The position numbers and the translations under genes were made by a program. 64,000 nt of DNA from Candidatus Latescibacterota bacterium. Lineage in GTDB: Bacteria; Latescibacterota; UBA2968; GCA-2709665. The DNA lies in assembly GCA_965116875.1 (NCBI GenBank), contig OZ220733.1, positions 3,584,001-3,648,000 on the forward strand, read 5' to 3'. How positions within the stretch are numbered: position 1 is the stretch's first letter; the number at the start of each line of letters is the position of its first letter. The notes beneath the pieces are model-generated. The model made no database searches, had not been told where the DNA came from, and saw only the letters and a list, made by a program, of their open reading frames with translations. Below, piece after piece: positions 31,071 to 40,743 of the stretch.

Positions 31071-31233
31071 GTGTTCTGTCCCGGAAATTCCTCACCATTC
31101 GGCCGCCGATTCATCCCGTCTCGCTGCGTTCCCCTCGCTCGCCGACCATACGCAGGTCGCCTGCGCTCGGGCGCCTTGCGAGCCGGGCGACTCGGCGGTC
31201 GAATTCAGGCAACTTATTTCCGGGACAGAACAC
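31071..31233. mobile_element. 163-bp MITE-like element, family B
   Basis: Perfect 18-bp TIRs GTGTTCTGTCCCGGAAAT/ATTTCCGGGACAGAACAC. A solo 15-bp end occurs at 32662-32676. Confidence 0.75.
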
Positions 31234-31277
31234 GAACTTTCGTTTACGCCCGGCTTGACGATACCAACCACGGATTT

Positions 31278-31398
31278 TTCGTAGTCTCGTCTGTTCGTAG
31301 TCTCGTTTGTTCGTATTCTCGCAGCCTCGATTTACGAAGCTACGAAAGAGCAGAAATACATCATTCGTCTTCTGGTTTTCTCGTAGTCTCGTAGTTTC
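31278..31398. repeat. Degenerate TCGTAGTC/TCGTxTGT octamer array
   Basis: Six or more tandem 8-mers, an inverted CTACGA copy, then two more units. Confidence 0.65.
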
Positions 31399-31401
31399 AT
31401 T

Positions 31402-32208
31402 TCAGACATGGTCCTCCGCGCGGTCCTGGGGGACAAAACCGAGAACCTCTCTGGCATGACCCATGTCCACCCAGCAATACCTGTTGTTGGAAATGGCGTA
31501 GAATATGTCGAAACGGAGATCGTCAGACGCGTTGATACTGTCTTCTGTGATCTTCACGACGTCGCGCTGGCTGCACCACACCGCGGCGAGTTCCGGGCTG
31601 GCCGGCCGGTCTTCGGCGTTTACCGCACCGATCCGAAGCGAGATGCATGAAAGCCCATGTGCGTCCGAGTAGAATCGGCACAGGGCCTCACCCCAGACCT
31701 TGCTGGCGGAATAGGGTTCCGTGGGCCAGGTCGGGTGTTTGTGGGTGACGATGGGGATTGGATCGGGAACCTCGTCGAACCGGCTTTCTTTTATGGCCTT
31801 GTAGGGTTCCTGGGTCTGATAGCCCCAGTTGGTCATGATGGAACTGGCGTAAATGATTCGTCTTACGCCCGCGAGGCGGCAGGCTTCGAAGACGTTATAG
31901 GCTCCGATCACATTGCTGTTCAGTATGTTGTCCCAGCTGGCTTCAGGCCGTGGATCGGCGGCCATCTGAACGACGGTGTCCATGCCGTCAACCGCGTTCC
32001 GCATGGCATCCATATCCGCGAGATCGGCAAGGTGGAATTTCTGGTCCGGGATGTCGAGCACCCTCCCGTCGGGCGCCCGGTCCGAAGGATAGCGCCTGCG
32101 CGCGAGTGCGTAGGTGTCGTATGCGCCGGGCGACCGGACCAGATGCTCGTATATGGCGCCGGGGATCAGTCCGTATACGCCGGTGACGAGGACTTTTCGG
32201 GGCGGCAT
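31402..32208 (-). CDS. NAD-dependent epimerase/dehydrogenase (uronate-dehydrogenase-like)
   Basis: VLVTGVYGLI, YASS, YSASKVWGEAL, LRIG, ISNN...LGFVPQD. Confidence 0.82.
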   Translation of the reverse strand: MPPRKVLVTGVYGLIPGAIYEHLVRSPGAYDTYALARRRYPSDRAPDGRVLDIPDQKFHLADLADMDAMRNAVDGMDTVVQMAADPRPEASWDNILNSNVIGAYNVFEACRLAGVRRIIYASSIMTNWGYQTQEPYKAIKESRFDEVPDPIPIVTHKHPTWPTEPYSASKVWGEALCRFYSDAHGLSCISLRIGAVNAEDRPASPELAAVWCSQRDVVKITEDSINASDDLRFDIFYAISNNRYCWVDMGHAREVLGFVPQDRAEDHV

Positions 32209-32556
32209 GTCACCTCCATGGAGGGATGGGTTCGAGATAGGACCGGGAACGGTTGAAGTTCAGGAAGCTATTGATAAAGCGATTTATAATTAACGACTTG
32301 GATACATACCTGGGGAACTCCTGACACGTCAGGTCGTCCCCGCCGTTTCGCTTCGAACGGCGAGTCAAGTTAACGCAGGGCCGTGAAATAGGAAAGAGAA
32401 AAACCCACTGCTTGCCTCGCCGTCGGGTTCTGTGAAGGCAGCTGAAATCCCAGGGCTTCCGGTCATCTGACGCTCGCGAATGGCGGCCGGGCAACACGGA
32501 GCGGCGCACCCGATGCCGGCGTGGAACCCGCGCGTTACGGGAGGGGTTTAATTTCG

Positions 32557-32584
32557 TTGACACACGGCGCAGCCCGTCTATATT
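32557..32584 (+). promoter_or_regulatory. Sigma70-type promoter upstream of pyrH-like-purD-purE
   Basis: TTGACA-16bp-TATATT. Confidence 0.6.
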
Positions 32585-32780
32585 TAACCTGTACGGATTG
32601 CAGGGCTGCGCTTCTTTGCGGCGTTCCGTTTTCCGGACTCCCGATATCCCCGTCGGGCATCGTGTTCTGTCCCGGACACAGATTGCCGGAATCCGGCTGT
32701 CGAGTCACATCCGAATCTCTTTCTCACCCGGCTTTTGCCCTTTTTCTGTTCCCAACTGTACCCCGGAGCCAATCAGAAAA

Positions 32781-33515
32781 ATGAGATACAGGCGGATTGT
32801 GCTTAAGTTGAGCGGCGCGGCCGTGGCAGGTGACAGGGAGTTCGGTTTTGACCCGGTTGCGCTGGAGTATATTGCCGATGAAATCCTCGCCGTTCACAGG
32901 CTGGGCGTTGGCGTTGGCGTTGTCATCGGCGGCGGAAACATCTTCAGAGGGATGCTTGGCGCACAGTGGGGCATCGAAGAGTCGGAGGCACACAACATCG
33001 GAATGCTCGGCACCATCGTCAACAGCCTGATGTTGCGCGGCGTGATGACGGCCAGGAGCGACGCCGAAGTACGCGTGATGACGGCGATTCCCATCAACGC
33101 GGTTGCCGAACCCTTCATCCGGCTGCGGGCCATCCATCATATCGAAAAGGGATATATCGTCATCTTCGCCGGTGGCATCGGAAATCCGTACGTCACAACG
33201 GACTATCCCGGCGTCCAGCGGGCCCTCGAAATCCGGGCCGACGCCATTCTCTTCGCAAAACACAAGACCGCCGGCGTCTATACCGACGATCCGAACAGGA
33301 GTCCGGATGCGCGATTGTATCGCAGCGTCGGATACGACACCGTGGTGCAGGAAAACCTGGGCGCGCTGGACCAGTCGGCCGTGATCCTCGCCCGGGACAA
33401 CCGGCTCCCCATCCATGTCTTCGATTTTGACAAACGCGGGACCATGCGGCGGATTCTGGAAGGCGAAGACCTGGGCACGGTGATCGCGCATGGTTCCGAA
33501 GACGAGTTGGAGTAG
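32781..33515 (+). CDS. pyrH: UMP kinase family protein (divergent pyrH paralog)
   Basis: RIVLKLSG, GGGNIFRG, GNPYVTTD, GVYTDDP. Start at MRYRRIV. Confidence 0.85.
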   Translation: MRYRRIVLKLSGAAVAGDREFGFDPVALEYIADEILAVHRLGVGVGVVIGGGNIFRGMLGAQWGIEESEAHNIGMLGTIVNSLMLRGVMTARSDAEVRVMTAIPINAVAEPFIRLRAIHHIEKGYIVIFAGGIGNPYVTTDYPGVQRALEIRADAILFAKHKTAGVYTDDPNRSPDARLYRSVGYDTVVQENLGALDQSAVILARDNRLPIHVFDFDKRGTMRRILEGEDLGTVIAHGSEDELE

Positions 33516-33544
33516 TAAGACTTCAATCCGGGAGTTCCGTACAG

Positions 33545-34825
33545 ATGAGAGTGTTGATCGTGGGAAAGGGGGGGCGCGAGCACGCGTTTGCGTGGAAGAT
33601 CTCACGGAGTCCGAGGGTGAGCCGCGTCTATGCCGCGCCGGGAAACCCGGGAATGGCCAGGCATGCCACGTGCGTGGATATCGGCGTGGACGACCTGGAC
33701 GGACTCGTGGAATTCGCACAACGGGAACGCATCGACTTAACGGTGGTGGGACCCGAGGACCCGCTTGCACTCGGTCTTGCGGACCGGTTCGAGGCGGTGG
33801 GACTTCGGGTGTTCGGACCCTCGCAAAAGGCCGCGCAGATCGAGGCCGATAAGGACTTTGCGCTTCGCCTGATGCACAGGTACGGCATTCCCACGGGCCA
33901 GTATCGGACGTTTTCGGACCCGGACGCCGCGCGGAGTTTCGTGCGGGACTGGGGCGCGCCGGTGGTATTGAAGGCATCGGGTCTGGCCGCCGGAAAGGGT
34001 GCGCTGGTGTGCCACACGTTGGATGAGGCGCTGCGGGCCGTGGACCGGGTGCTCGTGGACCGGGAGTTCGGCGCCGCGGGAGAGAAGCTGGTGCTGATGG
34101 AGTATCTCGAGGGAGAGGAGGCGTCGATTACCGGGTTTACCGATGGGGAACACGTGGCGTGCATCGTCCCCTCCCAGGACCACAAGACTGCGGGCGAGGG
34201 AGATACCGGCCCGAATACGGGCGGCATGGGCGCCTACGCGCCTGCCCCCGTTGTGACCCGGGAGATGCAGAAGGTGATTCTGGAGCGCGTGATGTTGCCC
34301 ACGGTGAAGGCGCTCGCCGCCGAGGGGCGGCCGTACAAGGGGATTCTCTATGGCGGCTTGATCATTACCGAAAGCGGACCCCGGGTTATCGAATTCAACT
34401 GCCGCCTGGGCGACCCGGAGGCGCAGGTCGTGTTGCCGCTGCTGAAGACGGACCTTGTTGACGTCATGGAGGCCGTGTCCGCGGGCGCCCTCAAGGACCT
34501 GTACGTCGAACTGGACGACAGGGCCGCGACCTGCGTGGTACTGGCTTCGGGGGGATATCCGGGGGCGTACGAAACGGGCGCTGCAATTTCGGGGCTGGAC
34601 GTGGCGGAGGCCGGAGACGACGTGCTGGTGTTTCACGCCGGTACGGCGCGGCAGAGAGATACGACGGTTACGGACGGCGGCCGTGTCCTGGGGGTCACGG
34701 CGGTCGGCGAAAATATCAGGGCTTCCGTCGATCGGGCTTACGAGGCGGCCGACAAGATTCAGTTTGAGAACGCGTATTTTCGAAGGGACATCGCACACCG
34801 CGCGCTGGCGCGTGGGGAGAACTGA
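33545..34825 (+). CDS. purD: Phosphoribosylamine-glycine ligase
   Basis: GKGGREHA, KASGLAAGKG, GPNTGGMGAY, EFNCRLGDPE. Confidence 0.97.
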   Translation: MRVLIVGKGGREHAFAWKISRSPRVSRVYAAPGNPGMARHATCVDIGVDDLDGLVEFAQRERIDLTVVGPEDPLALGLADRFEAVGLRVFGPSQKAAQIEADKDFALRLMHRYGIPTGQYRTFSDPDAARSFVRDWGAPVVLKASGLAAGKGALVCHTLDEALRAVDRVLVDREFGAAGEKLVLMEYLEGEEASITGFTDGEHVACIVPSQDHKTAGEGDTGPNTGGMGAYAPAPVVTREMQKVILERVMLPTVKALAAEGRPYKGILYGGLIITESGPRVIEFNCRLGDPEAQVVLPLLKTDLVDVMEAVSAGALKDLYVELDDRAATCVVLASGGYPGAYETGAAISGLDVAEAGDDVLVFHAGTARQRDTTVTDGGRVLGVTAVGENIRASVDRAYEAADKIQFENAYFRRDIAHRALARGEN

Positions 34826-34900
34826 CGCGATTCCGGCAGGATAGATCTGTCATCAATACCACAACAAACCGTTCAACCGTCACGAAGGAGGAAGAGGATC

Positions 34901-35347
34901 GTGGTTGGCATAATCATGGGCAGCAAATCCGATGAACCGATCATGCAGAAGGCAGTCCCCGTCCTGGAAGAGCTGGGGATCGCATACGAGATGACCGTGT
35001 CGTCCGCGCACCGGAATCCCGACCGGACGGGCGAATACGGTCGCACCGCCGAGGCGCGCGGACTGAAAGTGATTATCGCGGGGGCGGGACTGGCGGCGGC
35101 GCTTCCGGGCGTGATGGCGGCGCACACGACGCTGCCGGTTATCGGCGTGCCGATTGCCTCCGGCGCGCTGAACGGGATCGATTCGCTCTATGCGATCGTG
35201 CAGATGCCGCCCGGTGTGCCCGTGGGCTGCGTGGGGATCGACAACGCGCGAAACGCCGCCGTCCTGGCGGCGCAGATCGTCGCGCAGACCGATCCGGAGG
35301 TCAAGGCGAAGCTGGAGGCCTACAAGCAGGCCCTCGCGGCGGGATAG
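34901..35347 (+). CDS. purE: N5-CAIR mutase
   Basis: [31 protein letters not shown]. Confidence 0.96.
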   Translation: MVGIIMGSKSDEPIMQKAVPVLEELGIAYEMTVSSAHRNPDRTGEYGRTAEARGLKVIIAGAGLAAALPGVMAAHTTLPVIGVPIASGALNGIDSLYAIVQMPPGVPVGCVGIDNARNAAVLAAQIVAQTDPEVKAKLEAYKQALAAG

Positions 35348-35369
35348 GAATTGAGGGGCCGCATTGGAG

Positions 35370-35400
35370 AAAGGCGCATCCCGAAAGGGTTGCGCCTTTT
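35370..35400. terminator. Terminator after purE
   Basis: AAAGGCGCATCCC-GAAA-GGGTTGCGCCTTTT. Confidence 0.8.
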
Positions 35401-35426
35401 GTCATTGAGAACGACGGGGATTTGCG

Positions 35427-36554
35427 TCAGGCTGGGGGCGTGAGGCGGGAGGCGTCGGTGAGTTCCCGTACGACGGAGCGGGCATCGCCTGTTTTCTTCA
35501 GGATATCCACCTGCCTCTGCGCCCAGGTCGGGCAGGACGCCAGGTCCAGAGTCCGCTCGAGGTAGGGAACGCAATCCAGGTCCTGCGCGGCGGGCATCAG
35601 TTGATCGACGAGGCGCCGCACGAGTTCACGCGCCGGCAGGAGCTGGTAGGTGTCCGAGTCTACAAGTTGAGCGTCGAGTCCGTAGCGGGCCGCGCGCCAC
35701 TTGTTCTGCCGAATGAGCATGGGGTGGCAGTCGTGTTGGTAGATTCCGTGGTCGATGTGGTCGGACAGGTATTTGATGAGGGACTGCATCATGGCCACAA
35801 GGCCGAGTGTATCGTGGAAGCTGCCGGGAATATCGCAGATGCGGACCTCGACCGTGCCGAATCTGTTGTGGGGGCGAACGTCCCACCAGATTTCCCGTAT
35901 GGTCTCGATGTACCCTGTTTCCACGAGGTGATTCACCAGCCAGACGTATTCGCTCCAGTTTCGCATCAGCGGGGGCAGGCCGGCGGTGGGAAGGCCATCC
36001 ATGATCTTGGACCGCCACGAGCAGACGCCCGTGTCGCGTCCTTCCCAGAACGGGCTGTTGCAGCTCAGCGCCAGCAGGAGCGGCATGTATCGCAATATGA
36101 ACTCGCAGATCATCACCGCCTTGTCGCCGCTGTCCACGCCCACATGCACGTGCAGACCGAACGTAACCAGTTGGCGAGCCGTGTCCTGCAGCAGGTCGAC
36201 CAGGCCCGCGTAGCGTTTGTTGGGTGTGATTTCCTGGTCCTGCCACGTGGAAAACGGATGAGTTGCCGACCAGTATAGCCGCACGCCCTCCCGATCGGCG
36301 ATGGCCTCCAGCGCGCACAGTTTCTTTCTGAGGTCCGCCTCGACCTCCTGCAGCGTCATGCAGACATCTGAATTGATTTCCACGTAACACTGCATCAGCT
36401 CCGGCTTGATCGTTCCCTGCAGTTGCGGTGGAACGCGCTCCAGAAGCCTCTGGCTGGCGCTGCACAGCGCCATCGTTCGACTGTCCACCAGCGCCAGTTC
36501 GATCTCCACGCCAACCGTGGGTTCGCGGCTGGGGTTGAATTCCATCCGACTCAT
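35427..36554 (-). CDS. YbdK-family carboxylate-amine ligase (GCS2)
   Basis: TVGVEIE, FGLHVHVG, NSPFWEG, WWDVRP, TVEVRICD, NKWRAARYG. Confidence 0.92.
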   Translation of the reverse strand: MSRMEFNPSREPTVGVEIELALVDSRTMALCSASQRLLERVPPQLQGTIKPELMQCYVEINSDVCMTLQEVEADLRKKLCALEAIADREGVRLYWSATHPFSTWQDQEITPNKRYAGLVDLLQDTARQLVTFGLHVHVGVDSGDKAVMICEFILRYMPLLLALSCNSPFWEGRDTGVCSWRSKIMDGLPTAGLPPLMRNWSEYVWLVNHLVETGYIETIREIWWDVRPHNRFGTVEVRICDIPGSFHDTLGLVAMMQSLIKYLSDHIDHGIYQHDCHPMLIRQNKWRAARYGLDAQLVDSDTYQLLPARELVRRLVDQLMPAAQDLDCVPYLERTLDLASCPTWAQRQVDILKKTGDARSVVRELTDASRLTPPA

Positions 36555-37795
36555 CGCTTCGCCTCTTTTTCGTAAGTTTTCGGTTCCGACCAGCGCACGA
36601 CCGCTCGTGCCAGAATCTTTGCGCCAATGCCCAGCGCGCGTTCGTCAACGTCGAAATCAGGGGTATGCAGGCCCGTCGCCCTGGCCCCGGGTCGCGAGCA
36701 TCCGAGGCGAAACAGACTGCCGGGAACGCGTTTGAGATAATGGGCGAAATCGTCGCCCCCCATGCTGGGCTCTCCGATGTACTGGACCCGGTCGGCCCCG
36801 AGCAGATCGACCGCGCACTCCCGGACCAGATCGGTGAGACCGGGATCGTTCATGACCGATGGAGGTCCCGATCTGAATGTAACTTCAATTTTCGTTCCGG
36901 AAGCCCGGGCGACGCCGTCCGCTACCTCCCGCACGCGTTCAACGGCCCGGCGGCGCGCGTTTTCGTCGAGGCTGCGTACGGTGCCCTTCAGCACCGCGCG
37001 ATCGGGAATTGCATTGTACCGTTTTCCGGCTGTTATGGAACCAACCGTCAGGACAACGGTATGCCGCGGGTCCAGCGACCTCGGCACGGCCACGTACAGT
37101 CCATTGATCAACTGGGCCGCGGCGGCAATGGGGTCTCTTGACTCGTAGGGGCGGGCAGCGTGACCGCCGCTGCCCCGGACGAGGACGTGCATCTCGTCGC
37201 AATGGGCGGTGAGGACGCCCGAGCGATGCCCAATGGTTCCAGCCGGCCTCGAGGGATCCACATGCAGCGCCAGCATCGCGCCGACGCCCTCGAGTGCGCC
37301 GGCCTCGATCATTTCCAGGGCGCCCTGGTTCGTCTCTTCCGCGGGCTGAAAGATAGCCCGCCAGATAACGGGCCAGGGCAGATTCCCGGACGTACGTGCG
37401 GCGTCGAGCGCCAGCGCGGCCCCAAGGACAACTGCCGCATGGGCGTCGTGGCCGCAGGCGTGCATCACGCCGCTCACGCGGCTGCGATAGGCTACGGATT
37501 TGGCGTCCTGGATGGGCAGCGCGTCCAGGTCGGCCCTCATGGCGATTCCGGGCCCGGACCCGTTTCCTGCAGATTCGGCGATCACCCCCCGGGCTGTGGG
37601 TCCGGTGCGGACCTTTACACCGTCCGACGCCAACTGTTCTTCCAGGTACCGCGTGGTCCCCGTTTCCTCGCCGCTTATCTCGGGATGGGTATGGAGATGC
37701 CGCCTGGCCTGCACCATACGGTCCTGAAACGCATCGACGGTCTTGTCGAGTTGCCGGGGCCATTCATTTCGATCTGGCATTGACGACGTGTTCAT
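36551..37795 (-). CDS. M20D amidohydrolase
   Basis: RADLDALPI, MHACGHDAH, FQPAEE, GGHAARP, LHTPDF. Confidence 0.93.
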   Translation of the reverse strand: MNTSSMPDRNEWPRQLDKTVDAFQDRMVQARRHLHTHPEISGEETGTTRYLEEQLASDGVKVRTGPTARGVIAESAGNGSGPGIAMRADLDALPIQDAKSVAYRSRVSGVMHACGHDAHAAVVLGAALALDAARTSGNLPWPVIWRAIFQPAEETNQGALEMIEAGALEGVGAMLALHVDPSRPAGTIGHRSGVLTAHCDEMHVLVRGSGGHAARPYESRDPIAAAAQLINGLYVAVPRSLDPRHTVVLTVGSITAGKRYNAIPDRAVLKGTVRSLDENARRRAVERVREVADGVARASGTKIEVTFRSGPPSVMNDPGLTDLVRECAVDLLGADRVQYIGEPSMGGDDFAHYLKRVPGSLFRLGCSRPGARATGLHTPDFDVDERALGIGAKILARAVVRWSEPKTYEKEAKR

Positions 37796-37969
37796 TCGGG
37801 AAGCGTGCGTTCGATATGGTTTGTACCGATGTGACCGTGTATTGAAAGAAACGCACCGGAACCGGATGATTCACCATACTGCGAATCGGTCGGTTCGGTG
37901 CGTCTGTCATTCGAACGGATTTACGGGAAGACACCCGATCGCGTCCGGACGGATCGGTGGATTCCCCAA

Positions 37970-39940
37970 TTAACCCGCGACCTCTTTGGCGATGGCGACG
38001 CATTTGGCGGCAAAGCCGTCGTAGGCGGCGCGGAACTCGGCGCTGGTTTTCTGCACGGAGCCGAAACCGGGCCAGTCGCCGGGTTCCAGGCCCCGGGTCT
38101 GCCAGCCGGAAACGTCAATGCCAACGACGTTCAGGAGGAAGTCTTTGAGGGACGGCGTGAGGTCGTAGCCGCGGCAGAAGTCCGGAAGTTCGCGAAGGCG
38201 CTGATCCACGCCTGGTTCGTACGTATCCAGCACCGCGTCCCTGAAGTCTTCGAGGTTGAACCCCTCCGCTTCAGAAGCTTCCTGAACGGCTCTCGCGTGA
38301 TTCGGGAATTCGGTATTGCACATATTGGACGCGCCCAGCGTGTGGAAGGAGTCTTCGGGAATGCGCTTGGAGGCCGGAAGTACATCCATTGAATCCACGA
38401 TCCACCGCGCCTGGCCGTCCGTGAGGCCGTACGTCTTTCGAAGATAGTCGGCCCACTTCGGTCTGTTTTCCTGACTGAAGAAGACCCGGTAGACGCGTCG
38501 CGCCACCAGCGTGCCCGCTTTCTTGAGGTCTTCTTCCAGAAGCCGGATGGCGTCAGCGGACTGGCCTGCGGATTCGGCTGCGGCCAGGACGATGGGATGG
38601 TCGAGGGTTTTGAGATTTGCGTACGCGCAGACCGCCCGCGCCCGGTCGGACAGTGACCCTCCGGCCGGATCTTCCGTGCCCAGATCGGCGGCCAGGGCGC
38701 CAAGGAGTTCGCTCGCCTTGCCTTCGCCGGTTCTTGCAGCGGCGGCGAGAAAGATCTTCTCGGCTTCGACTTCACGCAGGTGGCTCACGAACCGGCCGCC
38801 CATGTTGGTTTCGTAGGTGCGCACCACCTGTTCGCCCGCCTTCGCGGCACGGGCCTTGCCCTCGAACGCGTCCAGTATCAACTGGACTTCCTGGGCCACG
38901 GTGTAGACCACGGTGTTATTGGAGCCGATCGCATTGCTGTTGAGCGTTGTGGTGATTTTGCGCGCGGCCTCGTGGCTGGCGGCGACTTTGAAGACGATGT
39001 TGGGCCTGACCCGGCCGGAAAGGTCGCCCAGACCCAGAAGGCGGTCGTATCCTTCAAGGAAATCGGCGGCCAGCCGATATGCATTCCGTGCGTCTTCGAT
39101 GCTCTCGTCGGCCTGATCGGCGATGTTGGGATTCAGCTGGAAGCTGACCATGTAGTCCTTGAGGTCCGTATGCACCGCAAGCGGCCGGAAGATGGACAGG
39201 TTGGGCCAGAGGGCGATGAGGGTGGCCGCCATGGCGATTTCATCGGCGTGCGCTTCCGGGTCTCGCTTCCACTCGTCGTGTTTTTCGATTTCGCTCGTGA
39301 GTTGTTCGGCGAGCGAACCGTCTTCGTCGAAGGCCTTGGCGGCAAGCACCGGGTTCGTTGACACCTGGCAGAATCCATAGTGGCGCAGGTATTCGAGGCC
39401 ACGCGCATAGTCGTTGCCGAATTTACAGTAGTTGTCGCCGACCATCCTCCAGTAGACGCCGCCGCGCATCTGTTGTTTGAGCAGCGTCAGAAACGAACGG
39501 CCCGGGATTGCGTTATTCAGCTCCGCCTCGATGCGTTCGGCCAGAAGGCCCGAGAGGCTGTCGTTCAGGTTTACGGAATTCATATCGGCCAGAAATTCAG
39601 CCACCACGTCTGCCATAACGGACCCTTCGAGATCGTCGATGACGGCCAGTACCTGATCCAGCGCACGGTCGGACTCGTCCGCGTGGTATCCCACGATTTC
39701 CGCGTCCCGCCCCACGAAGTTCATGCCGAGCCGGATCAGCGTGCGGCACACCTCGGCGGCAGGGTAATCGTTGTTCTGCAGGACCGACAGGAGTTCCTCC
39801 ACGCGGGCGGACAGAGCGCCCGGCTGCGGATCGATGAGAACCTGGTCCGCCGCGGCGAGGGACTGTCCGTTTCCCATCGCTTCCGCGACGGCGGAGATGT
39901 CGATTGCCATTCTGGGGCCTCCCTTCACATCGTTATTCAT
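37970..39940 (-). CDS. Large atypical transaldolase-family protein
   Basis: GNDYA, STNPVLA, SFQLNP, VFKVA (putative Schiff-base Lys), NNTVVYTVAQ. ATGA overlap with dapB; alternative start 39910. Confidence 0.7.
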   Translation of the reverse strand: MNNDVKGGPRMAIDISAVAEAMGNGQSLAAADQVLIDPQPGALSARVEELLSVLQNNDYPAAEVCRTLIRLGMNFVGRDAEIVGYHADESDRALDQVLAVIDDLEGSVMADVVAEFLADMNSVNLNDSLSGLLAERIEAELNNAIPGRSFLTLLKQQMRGGVYWRMVGDNYCKFGNDYARGLEYLRHYGFCQVSTNPVLAAKAFDEDGSLAEQLTSEIEKHDEWKRDPEAHADEIAMAATLIALWPNLSIFRPLAVHTDLKDYMVSFQLNPNIADQADESIEDARNAYRLAADFLEGYDRLLGLGDLSGRVRPNIVFKVAASHEAARKITTTLNSNAIGSNNTVVYTVAQEVQLILDAFEGKARAAKAGEQVVRTYETNMGGRFVSHLREVEAEKIFLAAAARTGEGKASELLGALAADLGTEDPAGGSLSDRARAVCAYANLKTLDHPIVLAAAESAGQSADAIRLLEEDLKKAGTLVARRVYRVFFSQENRPKWADYLRKTYGLTDGQARWIVDSMDVLPASKRIPEDSFHTLGASNMCNTEFPNHARAVQEASEAEGFNLEDFRDAVLDTYEPGVDQRLRELPDFCRGYDLTPSLKDFLLNVVGIDVSGWQTRGLEPGDWPGFGSVQKTSAEFRAAYDGFAAKCVAIAKEVAG

Positions 39941-40743
39941 GCGATGCCCAGCACGTCTCTCATGCTGAACATCCCCCGCGGCGAGTTCACAGCAAAGCGG
40001 ATCGCCTGAATCACCCCTACGGCGTAGGAATCCCGGCTCTGGGCACGGTGTACCAGCTGAAAGACTTCGCCGGTGCCGCCGAAGATGACGGTATGCTCCC
40101 CGGCCAGGTCTCCCGCGCGGATTGCGTGGATGCCGATTTCATCGCCCGTGCGCGCGCCGACCTCACCGTGGCGTCCGTAAAGGGCCACGTCGTCGAGGTT
40201 TCGGCCCAGACCCCTGGCCGCGGCATTCGCCAGCGCGAGGGCGGTACCGCTGGGTGCGTCGGTCTTGAAGTGGTGGTGGGCCTCGACGATTTCCACGTCG
40301 TACGCGCTACCCATCATCCGTGCGGCGTCTTCCACCAGTTGGGTCAGTACGGTCACGCCAATGCTGAAGCTTGGGGCGAAGACGCAGGCGACGTCCCTGA
40401 CGGCCGTTTCGAATTCAGCAAGTTGCCGTGTCGACATGCCCGTGGTGCCCACCACCATCGGCTTGCCCGTTTTACCCGCGATACGAGCGGCGTCCAGCGT
40501 ACCGTCCGGGGGCGCCGTGAAGGCAACGACCACGTCCGCGTTTTCGATGACGGATTCCAGGTTGTCGACAACGTGGATGCCCGCGCGCTCCGTTCCCAGG
40601 AGCTCGCCGATGTCCCGCCCGATGGCCGGGTTGCCGGGCGCCTCCACGCCGCCGGCGACGTTCAGATCGCCGCTATCCATCGCCAGGTGGGCGATGCGGC
40701 CGCACATGCGACCCGCGATGCCGCAGATAACCAGGTTTGTCAT
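39937..40743 (-). CDS. dapB: 4-hydroxy-tetrahydrodipicolinate reductase
   Basis: GIAGRM, VGTTG, EAHHHFKTDAPSGTA, GEHTV. Confidence 0.95.
   Translation of the reverse strand: MTNLVICGIAGRMCGRIAHLAMDSGDLNVAGGVEAPGNPAIGRDIGELLGTERAGIHVVDNLESVIENADVVVAFTAPPDGTLDAARIAGKTGKPMVVGTTGMSTRQLAEFETAVRDVACVFAPSFSIGVTVLTQLVEDAARMMGSAYDVEIVEAHHHFKTDAPSGTALALANAAARGLGRNLDDVALYGRHGEVGARTGDEIGIHAIRAGDLAGEHTVIFGGTGEVFQLVHRAQSRDSYAVGVIQAIRFAVNSPRGMFSMRDVLGIA

Noticed and set aside
32418-32445. SRP RNA-like segment GTCGGGTTCTGTGAAGGCAGC
   Set aside because: It lacks the conserved CAGG...GNRA...AGCAG symmetric loop and the long enclosing helix.
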